Assembly (NCBI GenBank): GCA_030704615.1
Contig: CM060732.1
Location: forward strand, 25,482,001-25,546,000
From: Takakia lepidozioides
Lineage: Eukaryota > Plantae > Bryophyta
Direction of reading: 5' to 3'
DNA length: 64,000 bases
Shown here: piece by piece, positions 61,540 through 64,000 of the stretch
How the letters are laid out: each line of letters starts with the position of its first letter
How positions within the stretch are numbered: the stretch's first letter is position 1
Program-made: the position numbers and the translations under genes
Notes under the pieces: model-generated
The model's database searches: none
What the model was told of the DNA's origin: nothing
Seen by the model: only the letters and a program-made list of their open reading frames with translations

Positions 61540-63050
61540 CCCCGAATGGAAATTCGGCACCCAATATCCAACCGGGGAAGCCCGGATGAAGTCGCCTCGG
61601 GCACAGAGGCCGGCACGTGTGCGACAGAGAATATCCCCTGGATGGAGATTCGGCGCCGAATTTCCATCCGGGCCCCCCCAAATGAAGTCGTCTCGGGGGG
61701 CCAGGCCGAAAACTGGTCGGCATAAAAACATCCCCAGATGGAAAAACGGCGCCGAATTTCCATCCGGGGCGGTTTGGATGCAGTCGGGGAGGGGGGAGAG
61801 GCTGGCACCTGGCCGTCACATTTCAACCCCCGGACGGAAATTCGGCACCGAATATCCAACAGGGGACGCCCGGATGAAGTCGCCTCGGGCGTAGAGGACG
61901 GCACGTGTTCGACAGAGAGCATCCCCTGGATGGAGATTCGGCGCCGAATTTCCATCCGGGCCACCCCAAAGGAAGTCATGTCGGGGGTCAGACCGAAAAC
62001 TGGCCGACATAAAAACCTCCCCAGATGGAAAAACGGCGCCGAATTTCAATCCGGGGCCGTTCCAATGCAGTCGGGGAGGGGGGAGAGGTCGACACCTGGC
62101 CATCATATTTCAACCCCCGGACGGAAATTCGGCACCGAATATCCAACAGAGCGGCGGAGAGGCCGGCACCTCTCCGACAGAGACCATCCCCCGGATGGAA
62201 ATCCGGCGCCGAATTTCCATCCAGCAGGTAAGTGGAATCCCGGATGGATGGAGATCCGGCGCCGAATTTCCATCCAGCAGGTAAGTGGAATCCCGGATGG
62301 ATGGAGATCCGGCGCCGAATTTCCATCCTGCAGGTAGTTCGAATCCCGGATGGATGGAGATCCGGCGCCGAATTTCCATCCAGCAGGTAAGTCGGATCGC
62401 TGGCGTATGGATATTCGGCGCCGACTTTCCATTCGCCAGGTATTTCATCGCTCAGAATTACCTTCCTGCAGGTAATTCTGATCGATGAATTACCTTCGTG
62501 CAGCTAATTCTTATCGATGAATAACCTTCCTGCAGGTAATTCCGAGCTTAGGAAGGTAATTCATCTCTCAGAATTACCTGCAGGTAGGTAATTCTGAGTG
62601 ATGAAATACCTGGCGAATGGAAATTCGGCGCCGAATATCCATACGCCAGCGATCCGACTTACCTGCTGGATGGAAATTCGGCGCCGAATTTCCATCCATC
62701 CGGGATTCGAATTACCTGCAGGATGGAAATCCGGCGCCGGATTTCCATCCATCCGGGATTCCACTTACCTGCTGGATGGAAATTCGGCGCCGGATCTCCA
62801 TCCATCCGCTCTCCGCCCAACCTTGCAGATGGAAATCCGGCCCCGGATTTCCATCCATCCGCCTCCGAATTACCTGCTTGAGGGAAATTTGGCGCGCCGC
62901 CCTACCTGCGCGGATGGAAATCCGGCGCCGGATTTCCATCCATCCGCTTCTGAATTACCTGCTTGAGGGAAATTTCGCGTGCCCGCCCTACCTTGCTGGA
63001 TGGAAATTCGGCGCCGGAATTACCTCTACGTTGGAAATTCCGGGCCTCTT
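61540..63050. repeat. Array of GGCGCC-centred palindromes, including a ~250-bp-arm inverted repeat
   Basis: Perfect 30-bp palindrome GGATGGAAATTCGGCGCCGAATTTCCATCC (e.g. 62668-62697) and ~20 variants. ~288-bp and ~57-bp periodicities. Arms ~62210-62480 and ~62568-62805 are inverted. Confidence 0.92.
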
Positions 63051-64000
63051 TCCGTCGATTTTCATCCGACATGGAGGGCTTCATCCGACATTTAATTGCG
63101 CAGTTGGGCAATAAATGTCCACCGCCGTCGGTTTTCATTCGGGCTGGCGACACATGGCTTCCTGGATACGTACCCTAAATCTCATGCTAATCTTGGCTTA
63201 ACATGCTATTCGAGGCATGTACCCCAAAAACGGAGATCTTTTTCCATTTTGGCTGGGACTTATGCCGCCTGAAGGGCGTGGCTCTCCTGAGAGAGACCTC
63301 ACATCCAGACCGCGGCGGAAGTTGAAAGCTCTGTACTACGGACGACGGCCAATCTCTCGCATGGCCAAACTGAAGCTCCAGCAGGAGATTCCAGTGTCTT
63401 GCTCACAACCCGCGCCAACTGAAGCCGAGTACTCTCAGGCAAGCCACTTCTGCTTTCGCTTTGTTCAATTTCTTTTTTGCTTTCGCTTTGTTGCCTCGCT
63501 TTGTTTTTGCATCTTCATCCTGGCTTCGCTGGATGAGTGAACTTTACATAGTTCAGTGAACCTTACATTGTTTGCAATGCGTGTGCAAATCCGGCAGCTG
63601 TGGAGAAGGCTGCTTGTGCATGTCATTCTCAGGCAATTGTTGCATTTGTTTTCATTGTTGTTGCATGGCTCTCCATACTTCCTAAACTTGTTATGTTTTC
63701 ATTTTTGTTACACGATTGTTGCTATGGTGGTTGCGCTGCTTGTTGCGATGCTGGTTTTCGCACCGATGTTGGTTTTCACGATTTTTGGGAATCACAGAGT
63801 GACGACGAGCCCGGCACGCTGGTGGTATCATCGACAGCTCCAACTCATCGCATGTTTGAATCGCCCAACTTGGGGCGAGAGGGCAAACTTCAACCTTTTG
63901 TTGGTGGACGGGAGGACTTGCAACGACAGTACGACAGAATAGGCATTGGGGAGGTTGGTGCAGGCGGCATGGCAGGTGAAGGGCGTGAGGACATGAGGAC

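Larger units (their letters stand above)
56855..64000. mobile_element. Second Mutator-like element of the same type, running off the window
   Basis: Terminus GGTTTGCTATTTCATGAGC(ATGAGCGGC)n resembles the first element's GGGGCTATTCCGTGAGCC end and interrupts the 185-bp repeat. Encodes a homologous transposase. TSD cannot be tested. Confidence 0.7.

Noticed and set aside
61394-63178. Many overlapping MEIRRRISI-type ORFs on both strands
   Set aside because: Artefacts of GC-rich palindromic repeats that lack stop codons.
1-64000. tRNA or rRNA genes
   Set aside because: No cloverleaf or rRNA-like conserved sequence was recognised by eye; tRNAscan-SE and barrnap were not run.

Overview
Eukaryotic, intron-containing DNA made almost entirely of transposable elements. 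PLS-class PPR fragments and plant-type Ty3/Gypsy elements point to a land plant, probably a non-seed lineage (inference). No intact host gene is visible. The left part holds a decayed L1-type LINE interrupted by a Gypsy LTR/gag fragment, PPR pseudogene pieces and a degenerate region with Pol II CTD-like heptads. Most of the rest is a four-level nest with resolvable junctions. (1) A minus-strand Ty3/Gypsy element has the polyprotein order Gag-protease-C5 cytosine DNA methyltransferase-RT-RNase H-integrase-PHD finger. (2) It is split at the RT/RNase H linker by a ~32.4-kb Sola2-like DNA transposon (16394-48765, 30-bp imperfect TIRs, TGCA TSD) carrying a RING-H2 gene and a helicase fragment. (3) That element holds a ~17.8-kb Mutator-like element (17751-35584, 9-10-bp TSD). 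Its GCM/DDE/SWIM transposase is head-to-head with a spliced gene fusing a ParB/Srx-like (DGNHR) domain to a beta-class amino (N6-A/N4-C) DNA methyltransferase-like domain. The predicted first intron of that gene holds ~50 copies of a 115-116-bp hairpin satellite with a 10-mer higher-order repeat. (4) The satellite is interrupted by a 2.15-kb TGT...ACA element. A second, diverged Mutator-like element with its own, different palindromic array starts near 56855 and runs off the window. The best candidates for an undescribed system are the Mutator + ParB-like/amino-MTase + palindrome-array module and the DNMT+PHD Gypsy element. Most copies carry stops or frameshifts. All assignments are by eye from motifs, with no database search.
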